The notes below the pieces were generated by a model. The model was given only the letters and a program-made list of their open reading frames with translations. It made no database searches and had not been told where the DNA came from. 64,000 nt of DNA, from the IMG/VR virus record IMGVR_UViG_3300042975_000096; one strand, written 5' to 3'. Position 1 is the stretch's first letter, and every line of letters begins with the position of its first letter. The position numbers and the translations under genes are program-made. Shown here one piece after another: positions 30,942 through 41,486 of the stretch. The DNA is from a virus. Lineage: Duplodnaviria; Caudoviricetes.

Positions 30942-31706
30942 TCACCCTTTCAATCCACAATTTTCAATTAATCTCTTTTCTGCATAAGGCAAACTGCTTT
31001 TGCATATTTCAATAAAATCAGCTTTAACAGTAATACGACTTCCATCAACAGGAACATCTTTTAATTCAAAAATGTGCCGTGTAGTAAATGGCAATAAATC
31101 ACTTTTGTTTTTATACACCATTTTATTTGTTACAGGATAAACATGTTTCTTTGTATACATTTCCACAACATTTCCATGCTTATTAATCATATATGGAATT
31201 GTTTTGTTTCCAACTTTAATTGGAAACCATGTATATTGCATTTTCGCCCATTCTTCTAATTCTTTATATGTATAGAATCTATCGTGCTTCAAATATTCTT
31301 CAATCATTTTGTTCAGTGCTTTTTCACTAATATTATAATGAGTAAACACAAAACATTTTCTTAAATTCGTTACAGTTGAACAACCAACGCTTACGAATTT
31401 TTCATCATGCAATATGCTTTTGTCATAATGATTGTGTTCTGCGCTACTTGACCACCAATGATTCTTTACACGCTCTGTTGTGCCGTCAACCATACTCAAT
31501 TTAAGCTCACGACCTGCAAAAGCATTAGACATACAATCGTATGCCAATAAATCATAAGAAATAATATTTCCTTCTGAATCTTTTATTAATGCCATATAAT
31601 CACTATTAATTTTTTCATATTTTAATTTTGGCATGTGGTCAAAAATAATAGCATTATATGCATTATATGACGTTGGCTCACCCATTTTTAAAATTTTCAT
31701 TTTCAT
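30942..31706 (-). CDS. Hypothetical protein (AFAGRE motif)
   Basis: Promoter and RBS, 254 aa. Confidence 0.8.
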   Translation of the reverse strand: MKMKILKMGEPTSYNAYNAIIFDHMPKLKYEKINSDYMALIKDSEGNIISYDLLAYDCMSNAFAGRELKLSMVDGTTERVKNHWWSSSAEHNHYDKSILHDEKFVSVGCSTVTNLRKCFVFTHYNISEKALNKMIEEYLKHDRFYTYKELEEWAKMQYTWFPIKVGNKTIPYMINKHGNVVEMYTKKHVYPVTNKMVYKNKSDLLPFTTRHIFELKDVPVDGSRITVKADFIEICKSSLPYAEKRLIENCGLKG

Positions 31707-32146
31707 TACTCCTTCTCTTATAATTATAGTATCACATTTTCGTCATTTTGTCAATTGCTTTTTATTTTAATCATTTTCAAAATAGTCTGAAAAAACATCA
31801 CACTAAATAAAAAGCCGTTACCTCGTATGTGCAGATACGGATAACGGCTCTTCTAGTATGGCATATTTTCTTGTAACGCGCATATATGCTTGCACGATAT
31901 AAAATTTTTTACGAAACAAATTTTAATTAACTAAAAATTTTATAAAATTTTTTTTACGGCTTTGCTCTGATTCTGATAGAAACCATTGTTCCAACCTCCA
32001 TTCTCATTTTATTATCGCCCTAATGCGTTGACATATCATCTAATAATTTTTTCGTGTTACACTTTTGTCGGATGTCCTCTAATCATTTTCTCTCAACTCC
32101 CTTTCTTTATCTTATATGTTAATTATATCATATCGTTTTTATTTTG

Positions 32147-32641
32147 TCAACTGTTTTTTTCAATTTTTTTGATTGTGTCAAAATTATTAACAATGAAATT
32201 AAACACTTCCATTTGCTCTTTTCCTTTATACTCTCTTGAAATGAGCTTGAATATTTCATTGTTAAAATGATTTGCAACGTCGTTTTTAAATGGGAAAAAT
32301 TTAAGTTTCATGTTACAATCATTTGGCGTAAAATATCCACCAAAATATTCAACAATCTGTTCAACGACTTCTTCTGCTTCGCCCCAAACACTAAGATTAA
32401 TAAGTGTATGCATTTCATCAGCACCTATTTCAGAAGAATAATCGTAAGTACCTGCTAATACAAACAGACTTCTTTTATTTCCATGGTATGAAAAGTCAAT
32501 ATACGAAACTCGTTCATCATGAATTTGCGGATTAATTACAGGCTCTAATTTTGCATTTTTATCAACATTAAGTTGCAAAAATTTCAAAATATCCAATGCT
32601 GAATATCTTTTATTAATCAATCCAACGGAATCCTCACTCAT
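32147..32641 (-). CDS. Hypothetical protein
   Basis: Standard unit. Confidence 0.8.
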   Translation of the reverse strand: MSEDSVGLINKRYSALDILKFLQLNVDKNAKLEPVINPQIHDERVSYIDFSYHGNKRSLFVLAGTYDYSSEIGADEMHTLINLSVWGEAEEVVEQIVEYFGGYFTPNDCNMKLKFFPFKNDVANHFNNEIFKLISREYKGKEQMEVFNFIVNNFDTIKKIEKNS

Positions 32642-32810
32642 TATAAACTCCCTCTTTCTTTATCTCACTCTTAACTCTAGTTATATATTATCATATCAAA
32701 CAGCATTTGTCAACACTTTTTAAAAAATATTCCATCATTAATTTTCAAACTATTATGAAACATTTTAAGGATAAAAAATAACAGGTCTATACCATAGACC
32801 TGTATTATCT

Positions 32811-33995
32811 TTATGATTCTTCCACAATTTCTTCCCATGGCTTGCCCATTAATTTACATAGAACGTTTTTGCGTTTGTCATATTCATTTCGTAATTGTTT
32901 GTATATGTCGAACTGTTTCTTTTCAAAAGATGTATTTCTGTCAGTTAATACAACATATCCATATTTTGTTTTATAGAAAAACGTTTTATTGTTGTCAACA
33001 TTCATGGTATTTTTTCTTACAAATACAACACCATTCTTCAATTCAACCTTAAAAAAATTAGAATCGTCGATATAATCCTCTATACTAGTGGAATGAAACA
33101 CTTTTTGTTGCATAATGTTAGCAAATAAGAATTTTTCAAAATCAGTAGCTTTACCCTCGATTGAAAAACTGCCGACCAAATCCCAATAATCAAGATTATA
33201 TGAAATACTCCGTTTCATATATCCTTTTAACCCATTTGATTCAAAAATACAACCAATCATTTTATCTGTTGATTCTCCCAACAATAAACGAATATCAGCT
33301 TTATTTTTATCTGTTAAAAGGTTTGGCTTTTTATATAACAATCTAATCACATGCATAAGTTTTCGTACATGTGGGTTTTTAATATGCGAAAAGAACTGCT
33401 TAATATATACGTTTTCTAAAGGCAATTCAAACAAATCGTCACCAAATCCATATATCTCGTTATCAATAGCAATAGTAATGGAAACACAAAAATTATTGAG
33501 TGCGCCTTTTTTACCAGAATTATACGTTGTTACAATAACAGCATAATTGTCTTGTTTTATAACAACATCGTTATATCCTTTATCATTCGGCAATATATGC
33601 ATTCCATCACCTTTATTTTTAACGCGATTAAGTAACGTTTCTGATAAAGATGCCATATCAAAATCCAACAAGCATATACCGTCATATCCCAATTTGTCCA
33701 AAACGGCTGTATGACTACCCATAAAATTAAAACACTGAATTGAATTACTCCAACCATCTTCAATTACTAGTGCCTTTTTAATACAAATAACTCTATATGA
33801 TTCCTGCGTATCATTTTTATTGTTATTGTTTGTTCTACGTGCTATAAAATCTAAATCGCCAATCCTCATAACGTTATAATCCAATGAGTTTTCAGTAAAA
33901 CTATTTTCTAAAATTGTTTTATTTAACGATTCCAATGCATCTTTTACTTCTGCGTTAACATCTCTACTCATTGATTCATGCCGTAAAAATCTCAT
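32811..33995 (-). CDS. Hypothetical protein (~394 aa)
   Basis: Long ORF; start refined after GGGAG. Confidence 0.85.
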   Translation of the reverse strand: MRFLRHESMSRDVNAEVKDALESLNKTILENSFTENSLDYNVMRIGDLDFIARRTNNNNKNDTQESYRVICIKKALVIEDGWSNSIQCFNFMGSHTAVLDKLGYDGICLLDFDMASLSETLLNRVKNKGDGMHILPNDKGYNDVVIKQDNYAVIVTTYNSGKKGALNNFCVSITIAIDNEIYGFGDDLFELPLENVYIKQFFSHIKNPHVRKLMHVIRLLYKKPNLLTDKNKADIRLLLGESTDKMIGCIFESNGLKGYMKRSISYNLDYWDLVGSFSIEGKATDFEKFLFANIMQQKVFHSTSIEDYIDDSNFFKVELKNGVVFVRKNTMNVDNNKTFFYKTKYGYVVLTDRNTSFEKKQFDIYKQLRNEYDKRKNVLCKLMGKPWEEIVEES

Positions 33996-34136
33996 ATACT
34001 CATCTCCCTCTTTATTGTATTTATTATATAACAATTTACTTATTTTGTCAACACTTTTTTAATATTATAGTTTTCAGAACATTATAAAATAAATATAAGA
34101 CATAAATAAAAAGGGGATGTAATCCCCTTTTAATAC

Positions 34137-34376
34137 TTAAAGATTAATCTGCAAAGCTCTCATAAGGCACACAATACGATTGAACGTTGTATCGCTAAGT
34201 CTACCATTACACTCAATGATATTTTTTGTGGTCAGTTTACCTTCTTTTGCCATATTGATTTTCTGATTGTATTTATCAACATTATCCGTTTTACGCACCA
34301 ATACAGTAAATTCCATTTCCTGCATAGCAAATTCACGATTGATTTTTTCAAGGTCACTAACTTTTAATTTCATCAT
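34137..34376 (-). CDS. Hypothetical protein
   Basis: Standard unit. Confidence 0.75.
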   Translation of the reverse strand: MMKLKVSDLEKINREFAMQEMEFTVLVRKTDNVDKYNQKINMAKEGKLTTKNIIECNGRLSDTTFNRIVCLMRALQINL

Positions 34377-34528
34377 TTTAATTACCTCTTTCGTTTAACT
34401 CGTTGCTCTCTTAATCTCTATAATTATAATACCATACTTTTATATGTTTGTCAATAGTTTTTTACTATATCATTATACAAAAAAATTAGCATGTGAAGGG
34501 GTTTGTTTTCCCTCCACATGCTTTTGTA

Positions 34529-34774
34529 TCACTCACCAAAAATCTCTTTGTAGGAATCGATTGTGGCTTTCATATCGTCGTTGTGAATACCACCGTCGTT
34601 GTATTCAACATGAATCCCACCAAACGAATCTTTTTTAACGGAACACACAACCGTATAGGAATGTGTAAATTTCGTTTCAATATCGGAAATAACCTGTGCC
34701 GAATGACCACCAACCGTAATGCTCTTTGAACCATTGTTGACAAATTTGATTACTTCTTTGATTTCGTTTAACAT
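34529..34774 (-). CDS. Hypothetical protein
   Basis: Standard unit. Confidence 0.75.
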   Translation of the reverse strand: MLNEIKEVIKFVNNGSKSITVGGHSAQVISDIETKFTHSYTVVCSVKKDSFGGIHVEYNDGGIHNDDMKATIDSYKEIFGE

Positions 34775-35372
34775 TTTAATTATCCCCTTTCGCTTGTTTA
34801 GCTCTTATCTCTTTATCTATTATTATAATACCACACTTTATTATTTTTGTCAACACTTTTTTAAAAAAATATAAAAACTTTTTTTTAATTCCTTATATCG
34901 TCAACCATTAGACACTTTCAGAATATTCTAAATTAAAAATGCCTATAAAAATATAGGCAAGTAACGTTACATTATGATGCAATTTGCATGCGAATAGTGT
35001 AAACAATCAATCTGCTGCACGTCCACTATGAGCATACATTGTATTTCTATAGTAGACATCGCCTGACATTAAAAAAGAGGGGATTTTGTTCCCCTCTATA
35101 GTTGTATTGTTCTATTCTGCTGACGTCGTTTCATCTATTTTTTGGATATATTGTTCTACATTACCGCCAAAATTACTAGCTAATGCAAAACAATTTATTG
35201 CTATGTCATTTGCCTGTAGCTTTGTATATCCTTTTGCCATAATAAGATTCATTGCCATTTCAAAATTCTTCAACGTCAATCTTTTCATTTTTCTGCCCCC
35301 ATAGCTATATTCATAGCTTCGCCCATAGATGATACATTACCGATTGCCTTACCATTATAATAAATGGAATAG

Positions 35373-35672
35373 TTAGAATTGGTACACCATTACATTTATC
35401 CGCGTTCCCCATGGGGAGACTATAGCAAAACCGTTGTTGTTCATGAACGCTTCAACGCCTTTTATACAACAGTGTGAAATTTCCCCATCTTCTAACGTTC
35501 TTAACATATCTACTGTATTAAACCTTACTATGCTGTAAGGCATATCCTGTTGCTTCTCGAGAATTTCACTAATCTTGTCAAACGGTACTTGATTGCACAC
35601 GCCGTTTGTTACGAATTTTACGCGTTTACCGTTCACCTGTCGTTTAAGTTCTGCAATTGAAATTTTTTTCAT
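35373..35672 (-). CDS. Hypothetical protein
   Basis: RBS AGGAGG. Confidence 0.75.
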   Translation of the reverse strand: MKKISIAELKRQVNGKRVKFVTNGVCNQVPFDKISEILEKQQDMPYSIVRFNTVDMLRTLEDGEISHCCIKGVEAFMNNNGFAIVSPWGTRINVMVYQF

Positions 35673-35838
35673 TGTTAAAACCTCCTAATGTGTTGTTATC
35701 TCAATCTCTGTAATTATAATATCATATATTAGTTGTTTTGTCAATGTTTTTAAAAGTATTTTAACCATACAATTATCAAATTTTATAATATTCTGAAATA
35801 TTTTAGAGATAAAAAAACAAGAGGGATTATCCCTCTTG

Positions 35839-36324
35839 TTACCTTACATACTCTTTATCTTGCGAACCCTTATGGATAATATATTTGAAATCGTATAAAA
35901 CCGTATGATTGTTTAATCCTGCTTCAACGATTTTATTAAATCCAACCTGCATTGCATAATCTGAAAACTCTGAACAAAACACCATTGTTCCGTTCAAATC
36001 CAATTCGTTAAAAGCATTGATTAATTTACGCGCAACGCCTGTATGCTTAAAGGATTCACGAACAGTAACATAATTTATTCCATAATGTTCGTCTGTTGTT
36101 CCTTTATGATATAAGCCAAACTTCAGCACACCTATTATATTTTGCGCAAAATCAAAATCCCCACTAAAAACAATTAAAAATTCATGTGTGGCTTGTATAT
36201 CAAACGGGCTAAAATATTTCCATCCTTCAAAGTAACGACCATTATATTGTAATGGCAATACAGGGTATCCTTTATCAAACAATAATTGTATCAATTCTTC
36301 GCCGTTCATTTTTTTAATAAACAT
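35839..36324 (-). CDS. GNAT-family acetyltransferase-like protein
   Basis: INYVTVRESFKHTGVARKLI resembles GNAT motif A. Confidence 0.65.
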   Translation of the reverse strand: MFIKKMNGEELIQLLFDKGYPVLPLQYNGRYFEGWKYFSPFDIQATHEFLIVFSGDFDFAQNIIGVLKFGLYHKGTTDEHYGINYVTVRESFKHTGVARKLINAFNELDLNGTMVFCSEFSDYAMQVGFNKIVEAGLNNHTVLYDFKYIIHKGSQDKEYVR

Positions 36325-36482
36325 ATCATTGCACCTCCATATTTTTTATTTCTATAATTATAATAACATACTTTATTGTTTTTGTCAACACTTTTTTAAA
36401 AAACAATTCCTGTAATATTTCAGAATATTTAGAAATGTTTTAGCGCAATAAAAAAGAGGGGCTTACTTACCCCTCTCTCCAA

Positions 36483-36941
36483 TCAATTATAACGGTAAAT
36501 GAACAGTTCTTCGTCCTCCAATTCGTTTTCTTCGCCGTCATAAGAAGAAATGAAATGTCCACGACCGTCTGCATTGATTGCATCATTTATAAATTCTTCA
36601 ATTCCGCAAGTCTTTTCAATCAATGCAAGAAGAATTACATTACAAGAATCATTACATGATTCCTGCATTGACCGAATTCCCTTTACCGCATTATCAAAAT
36701 CGCTCAAATCACATTCTTTTGCGATAAACGTTGCTTCAAATGCCCAAATCGATTCAATAATGTAATTTTTTACATATTCATCTGCTTCTTCGTCCGTAAA
36801 AACATAATAATCCCCTTCATTGCAAGTGAATCCGGGCTTATCATATTTGATTTCTTCCTTATCAATGTTCAAAAAACTTGCCAATGCCCATTTCTTTTCT
36901 TCGATTGCCAACTCTGCTACTTTTTCACTAAATGTTTTCAT
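36483..36941 (-). CDS. Acidic phage protein (DGRGHF.SSYDGEE motif)
   Basis: Standard unit, D/E-rich. Confidence 0.85.
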   Translation of the reverse strand: MKTFSEKVAELAIEEKKWALASFLNIDKEEIKYDKPGFTCNEGDYYVFTDEEADEYVKNYIIESIWAFEATFIAKECDLSDFDNAVKGIRSMQESCNDSCNVILLALIEKTCGIEEFINDAINADGRGHFISSYDGEENELEDEELFIYRYN

Positions 36942-37130
36942 TTCAAAAACCCCTTTTCTTTATTTAACTCTTTCTTAACTCTGTTTAAATAATACCATAT
37001 ATCCTATTAAATGTCAATAAGTTTTTAAAATGTTTTTTAACTGCATTTCTAAATATTCTGAAATATTTTAACAAAAAAAATAAGCAGAGTGTTATATAAT
37101 ACCCTGCTTGCAACTATGCTATTTTCTAAT

Positions 37131-37523
37131 TCAAAACTTGCTAAGAGTGATGAATCTTTTGTTTTCACGCTTAATTACAAGAGTTGCCTTACAATATTCG
37201 CATTTCAAATTTTTATCACAAAACTCTGCTCTTGAAATTTTACGAACTTCATATTTTCTAGCAGGTTTTCCATTAATAAATGTTAACGGAGAACCCCCAC
37301 ATATACTATGACACCAATCCTCAATATAAAGTTTCACAACTTCATCTGACGAATCAATATTCGGCGCATATACACGATAAAACGACTTATCGTCAATGCT
37401 ATTTGCACTACTAGAAATGTAGGCAATTTCCCAATGATAATTCAAATTATCATTTTCATACTGAATACATTCTGCTTCCGTTTTGAATTCTTTGCCATCA
37501 TCTGCTACATACTTCATTTTCAA
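37131..37523 (-). CDS. Hypothetical protein
   Basis: YVADDGKEF.TE.EC..YE N-terminus. Confidence 0.75.
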   Translation of the reverse strand: MKMKYVADDGKEFKTEAECIQYENDNLNYHWEIAYISSSANSIDDKSFYRVYAPNIDSSDEVVKLYIEDWCHSICGGSPLTFINGKPARKYEVRKISRAEFCDKNLKCEYCKATLVIKRENKRFITLSKF

Positions 37524-37667
37524 AACCCTCTTTTTTACAATCTTTAACTCTATACATATATTACCATATTATCGTTTATTTGTCAAGTTGTTTTTTATAT
37601 TAATATTTCAGAATATTATAAAATCTATAACACATAAAAAAAGAGAGGGGAATTAATCCCCTCTTAT

Positions 37668-38486
37668 TCATTTGATTACCTTACCTTTGTTTTCAGCCCA
37701 ATCCTCCAAATCCTTTACAGTGAACCACCCATAATTGTAAATGTCTTGTTCTTCAGGATTTAAGAAAAATACAATTTCCCCATTATCTTCTCTCTTAGGA
37801 GATAAAGCATAATATTCTTTTCCTGCCTTTTTCAGCTTTTCTTCAATCCCTGTATTTCTTGCTTCAACATGCAAATCATAATAGTCTTTATCCTGCTGAT
37901 ATACTTTATCAGCAGATTCTTTATCAAATGCTGATTTTTTCATAATAACAAGTCCACCATTTTTAAATGCCATTGAACCTGCTTGTCCAATAACGATGTC
38001 CAAATTATTAAATGCTTTTGCCAACATTTCCAAATCTTTTTTATGATTTTTATCAACCACAATTCCAAATCCACGTTCATCCCATGCCGTTCCGATTTCT
38101 TCTGCATGAACGTCTTTGGCAAACCAATTCAGATTTAATTCCATGGGTAGATTTTTTTCATAATCATTGAAGTAATCAACAACCAAAACATAATATGTAT
38201 TTTTACTTCTTTTGATTTTTCGAATCTTTAACTCTCGTGGCAATTTCGTGATTGCTCTTTTCTCAATACCAAAAATCGGTTCATAATCCTTCATACCAAA
38301 AAAGTCTTTGATTTTTTTAGTGATTGGATTGCCTGTTGCTTTTTCTTTCACTTCGCAAATGCCAAACATTTCTTTAATATGTGCAATACCAAACTCATGT
38401 TCAGCAACAAAATCTGCACCCAAATCTACGCCAATCATTTCATCATTTTCATCATATAGGAATTTAGCGTTTCTTGCTTTTCTCAT
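37668..38486 (-). CDS. Hypothetical phage protein downstream of a solitary CRISPR repeat
   Basis: 272 aa; FFLNP.EQ..YNYGWF motif. Confidence 0.85.
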   Translation of the reverse strand: MRKARNAKFLYDENDEMIGVDLGADFVAEHEFGIAHIKEMFGICEVKEKATGNPITKKIKDFFGMKDYEPIFGIEKRAITKLPRELKIRKIKRSKNTYYVLVVDYFNDYEKNLPMELNLNWFAKDVHAEEIGTAWDERGFGIVVDKNHKKDLEMLAKAFNNLDIVIGQAGSMAFKNGGLVIMKKSAFDKESADKVYQQDKDYYDLHVEARNTGIEEKLKKAGKEYYALSPKREDNGEIVFFLNPEEQDIYNYGWFTVKDLEDWAENKGKVIK

Positions 38487-38519
38487 TAGTCCAACCCCTT
38501 TTCATTTCATTATCTATTT

Positions 38520-38550
38520 ATTTCAATTCACGCACCCATACGAGTGCGAC
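38520..38550 (-). CRISPR. Solitary type I-C-like repeat variant between the YqeY gene and the 272-aa gene
   Basis: GTCGCACTCGTATGGGTGCGTGAATTGAAAT; stem kept by a G-U pair on the minus-strand RNA. Confidence 0.88.
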
Positions 38551-38586
38551 AAAATCATTAAGAAATTAATCATACAGGATTAAAAA

Positions 38587-39027
38587 TCAATTCAATTTTG
38601 CTTTGAGAATTTCAGAAGCCATTTTGCCGTCATATTGACCTGCATAATTTTCTTTCAGCTTTTTCATGACAATTCCCATTGCTTTTTTTGTTCTATCTGT
38701 TTCACTCAAATAAGATTCAATGATTGAATCCAATTCTTCTTTCGTTTTTTCAACAGGCAGAAATGATTCAATAACCTTTAATTCATGTTCAGACTTGCTC
38801 ACAACGTCTGTACGACCATTTTTCATTGCCGTTTGAATAACTTCCTGCGTTGTATGCTTCGCTTTCTGTAGAGCTTTTAATGCTTCTTCTTTGGTTGTTG
38901 CTCGATTTCCATTATTTTTTCCAATCATAACGATTTCAGAATATAACATCGATAAGAATCCTGCTTCTTCGTGATTTTTTTCTTTTCGTGCCTTATCCAA
39001 CATAGATTTAATTTCTTCTGTAACCAT
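38587..39027 (-). CDS. GatB/YqeY domain protein
   Basis: ARKEK...E.KVIESFLP...MGIVMKKLKE.YAGQYDGK. Confidence 0.85.
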   Translation of the reverse strand: MVTEEIKSMLDKARKEKNHEEAGFLSMLYSEIVMIGKNNGNRATTKEEALKALQKAKHTTQEVIQTAMKNGRTDVVSKSEHELKVIESFLPVEKTKEELDSIIESYLSETDRTKKAMGIVMKKLKENYAGQYDGKMASEILKAKLN

Positions 39028-39098
39028 TTTTACACTTCCCTTTATTTATTGTATTTTTATATTATCATATCTGCTAATATTTGTCAATCTTTTAAAAT

Positions 39099-39238
39099 GA
39101 AAAAAGAACGGGAGATAAAAACCGTTCTTTTCCATAGAGATAGAGTTATCAATTATTAGTAGACTTTTTCGTAAAAAGGGTAGAAATGACGAAAAAGTAC
39201 AATTACAATTTTATGCGAGGTGTTTATCAGCCTCATTA
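39099..39238 (-). ncRNA. Candidate ~140-nt sRNA with C/U-rich anti-SD loops
   Basis: Two tandem sigmaA promoters (39244-39272, 39318-39346), three hairpins, terminator, no credible ORF. Confidence 0.65.
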
Positions 39239-39357
39239 ATTACATTATATCATGCGTTAAGCATTTTGTCAACAACTTTTTTATCGTTATGTGTTTCATG
39301 CAATCTCTATGTTTTACATTATATATCACTTTATATAAAATGTCAACATGTTTTTCT

Positions 39358-40065
39358 TTATTTATTCTTAAAGTATTCTGAAGTATCTATGTTTTTACTT
39401 TTCATATAATCCCTTAATTTATTTTCGTCCAATGGCATTGTGGCTAACAATGGGTCTGTATCAAATAATCGTCTTACCCATATTATATTAACATCAACAT
39501 TAAGATTCTTACAATAATCAACTCTATTTAAATTCTTTCGCTCACAAACAACGTAAATAAACTTATCTAATAGTTTATTATAAAACACTTCAACAAACTC
39601 ATCTCTTGAAATATATAATTCTATATCTCCTTCATGATGTACAATTATTCTTGTTTCTAAATCAGAAACAGATACAACATTTAATGAAGAATCAATATAA
39701 GAATGTGAGTATTTTCTTGGCAAAACTACTCTTACTGACGTTGGCAAATCTTCAGTTCTATATACTTCTAAAGATATATTAAGAGAAGTATCTTCCCCTT
39801 CGTTTTTTAATCCCGTAAACGGATATACAGTAACGGCAATAAGAGGTTTCGCTTTTATAATTGTATTTCGACGAACTGTAGAAGCCATTATCGGTTCTAA
39901 TTTAATGTTCGATTTTTTACGAACACTTGAAGCCATAATTGGCTCTGCATTTATACTTGGTTGTAATTGTACAGTTGAAGAAACAAATGGGTCAAAATAT
40001 ATTTTAGGATTATTTTCTATTGTTGAAACAAGGAAGGGATTTCCAATATTAATTGTTTTATCCAT
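39358..40065 (-). CDS. Hypothetical protein with internal EPIMAS.VR repeats
   Basis: 235 aa, coupled to upstream gene. Confidence 0.8.
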   Translation of the reverse strand: MDKTINIGNPFLVSTIENNPKIYFDPFVSSTVQLQPSINAEPIMASSVRKKSNIKLEPIMASTVRRNTIIKAKPLIAVTVYPFTGLKNEGEDTSLNISLEVYRTEDLPTSVRVVLPRKYSHSYIDSSLNVVSVSDLETRIIVHHEGDIELYISRDEFVEVFYNKLLDKFIYVVCERKNLNRVDYCKNLNVDVNIIWVRRLFDTDPLLATMPLDENKLRDYMKSKNIDTSEYFKNK

Positions 40066-40071
40066 AATATA

Positions 40072-40956
40072 TTACCCCTTCAATGTAGATTCCCATCCAA
40101 TTCTTATATTTGCTAAATCCTCTTTCTTCAAACTTTCTTCCCATGAAACCAATTTAGAGTCATCCGTTAAACTGGTTAAACAATCTTCTTCCATTCTAGA
40201 TACTAAATTGCCATCTTTTTCCTTGAAATGAGAAATAGTAATTCCGTCACCTATTCTATATGCAGGATTAATTATTACGCCCATACCTGTAATTGTAGTA
40301 ACATCATCATTTAACTTCGTGCTATCAATGGACTGTTTTAAATACTGTCCGTTTTTATCAAATGTATATGTTCCATCTGTATTTTTGGTTGCATTTGTTT
40401 CTGTTTCTTTAACAGGTAAAAGTACAACTTCTTCATTCGGTTTTACTTCTGTATCTGATATGATTATATTTGAACAAGCACCACCGTCATAATAATCCAA
40501 ACATACATTTGTACCATTAAAGTCTGCCCCTGCGTTAAAAGCACCTGTATAACGATAATGTTCTTTCCCATCTCTCCATACAACTATTTCTCCGTTTGTC
40601 GCATCGCTAACGAATTTAAAACACCAATGATGGTATTTATACCTCTCGTTTCCTATAGCCACTGTTTCTTTTCTTGATGGTTCGGTTATTTCATATATAA
40701 CTTCTGAATCATTAACACTAGCTTTGAAAATATCAGAAGTTTTAGTTGCTAATCTAATAGCTGCATGATAATATCCTTCTAGTTCTGCACCAAAAGATAC
40801 ATATAATGTTTTTGTTGTAGACGGTACTGTATAATATCCACTATTTGTAATAATATATTCGTTTATAGGATTACGTTTTATATCTTTTTGAATACCTCGT
40901 GTATTCATGTTAAAAGCATTTCCAGCTATACCTGGATTTATATATTTGAAACTCAT
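40072..40956 (-). CDS. Beta-rich, possibly ConA/LamG-like virion-associated protein
   Basis: HHWCFKF...GEIVVWRDG...SNIIISD; no sigmaA promoter upstream. Confidence 0.45.
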   Translation of the reverse strand: MSFKYINPGIAGNAFNMNTRGIQKDIKRNPINEYIITNSGYYTVPSTTKTLYVSFGAELEGYYHAAIRLATKTSDIFKASVNDSEVIYEITEPSRKETVAIGNERYKYHHWCFKFVSDATNGEIVVWRDGKEHYRYTGAFNAGADFNGTNVCLDYYDGGACSNIIISDTEVKPNEEVVLLPVKETETNATKNTDGTYTFDKNGQYLKQSIDSTKLNDDVTTITGMGVIINPAYRIGDGITISHFKEKDGNLVSRMEEDCLTSLTDDSKLVSWEESLKKEDLANIRIGWESTLKG

Positions 40957-41208
40957 TTCTATCACCTTTTTTTATTTATTTATAAACACACTAATAAAAT
41001 ATTAAAATGCGCATACTTCATTATCTTTATTGCACCATGATATATTAACTATATTTTAAAATATTCTGAAAATATTTTTCTTAATTATTATAATAACATA
41101 ACATATCTCATTTGTCAAGTAGTTTTTTATATAATATTTCAGAATATTTAGAAATAAAATCGTTGATAAAAAAAGAAGATGGATATTATATCCACCCTCT
41201 TACATATT

Positions 41209-41466
41209 TTATGATATAGCCACCAATTCGTCCATGTGAGCATATACATCTTCTTTGTTTTCTTTGAGCCACTTTGTAAACCGTTCTGTAGTTTCGTCGG
41301 AATCTTTATCCTCTACAATATTTTCTTCTTCACAAAACATATCAAAAAACATATCCTCAATATCCCAATAGCAGAATTTCTTCCCTTTGTATTTAAGCTC
41401 TGGGTCACTATATGCGCCATTGTAAATCATTTCAATTTTATCAAAAATACCATACCACTTTTTCAT
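41209..41466 (-). CDS. Acidic protein, paralog of 60323..60568
   Basis: YK...YW.....D.F.E...F.KWL......VY..MD.L. Confidence 0.8.
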   Translation of the reverse strand: MKKWYGIFDKIEMIYNGAYSDPELKYKGKKFCYWDIEDMFFDMFCEEENIVEDKDSDETTERFTKWLKENKEDVYAHMDELVAIS

Positions 41467-41486
41467 TTTAATTTCCTTCTTTCACT

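Noticed and set aside
31832-31841. 10-nt match (CAGATACGGA) to spacer 51298-51329, possible self-targeting
   Set aside because: Too short to be significant; no full protospacer was noticed in the window, though the search was by eye
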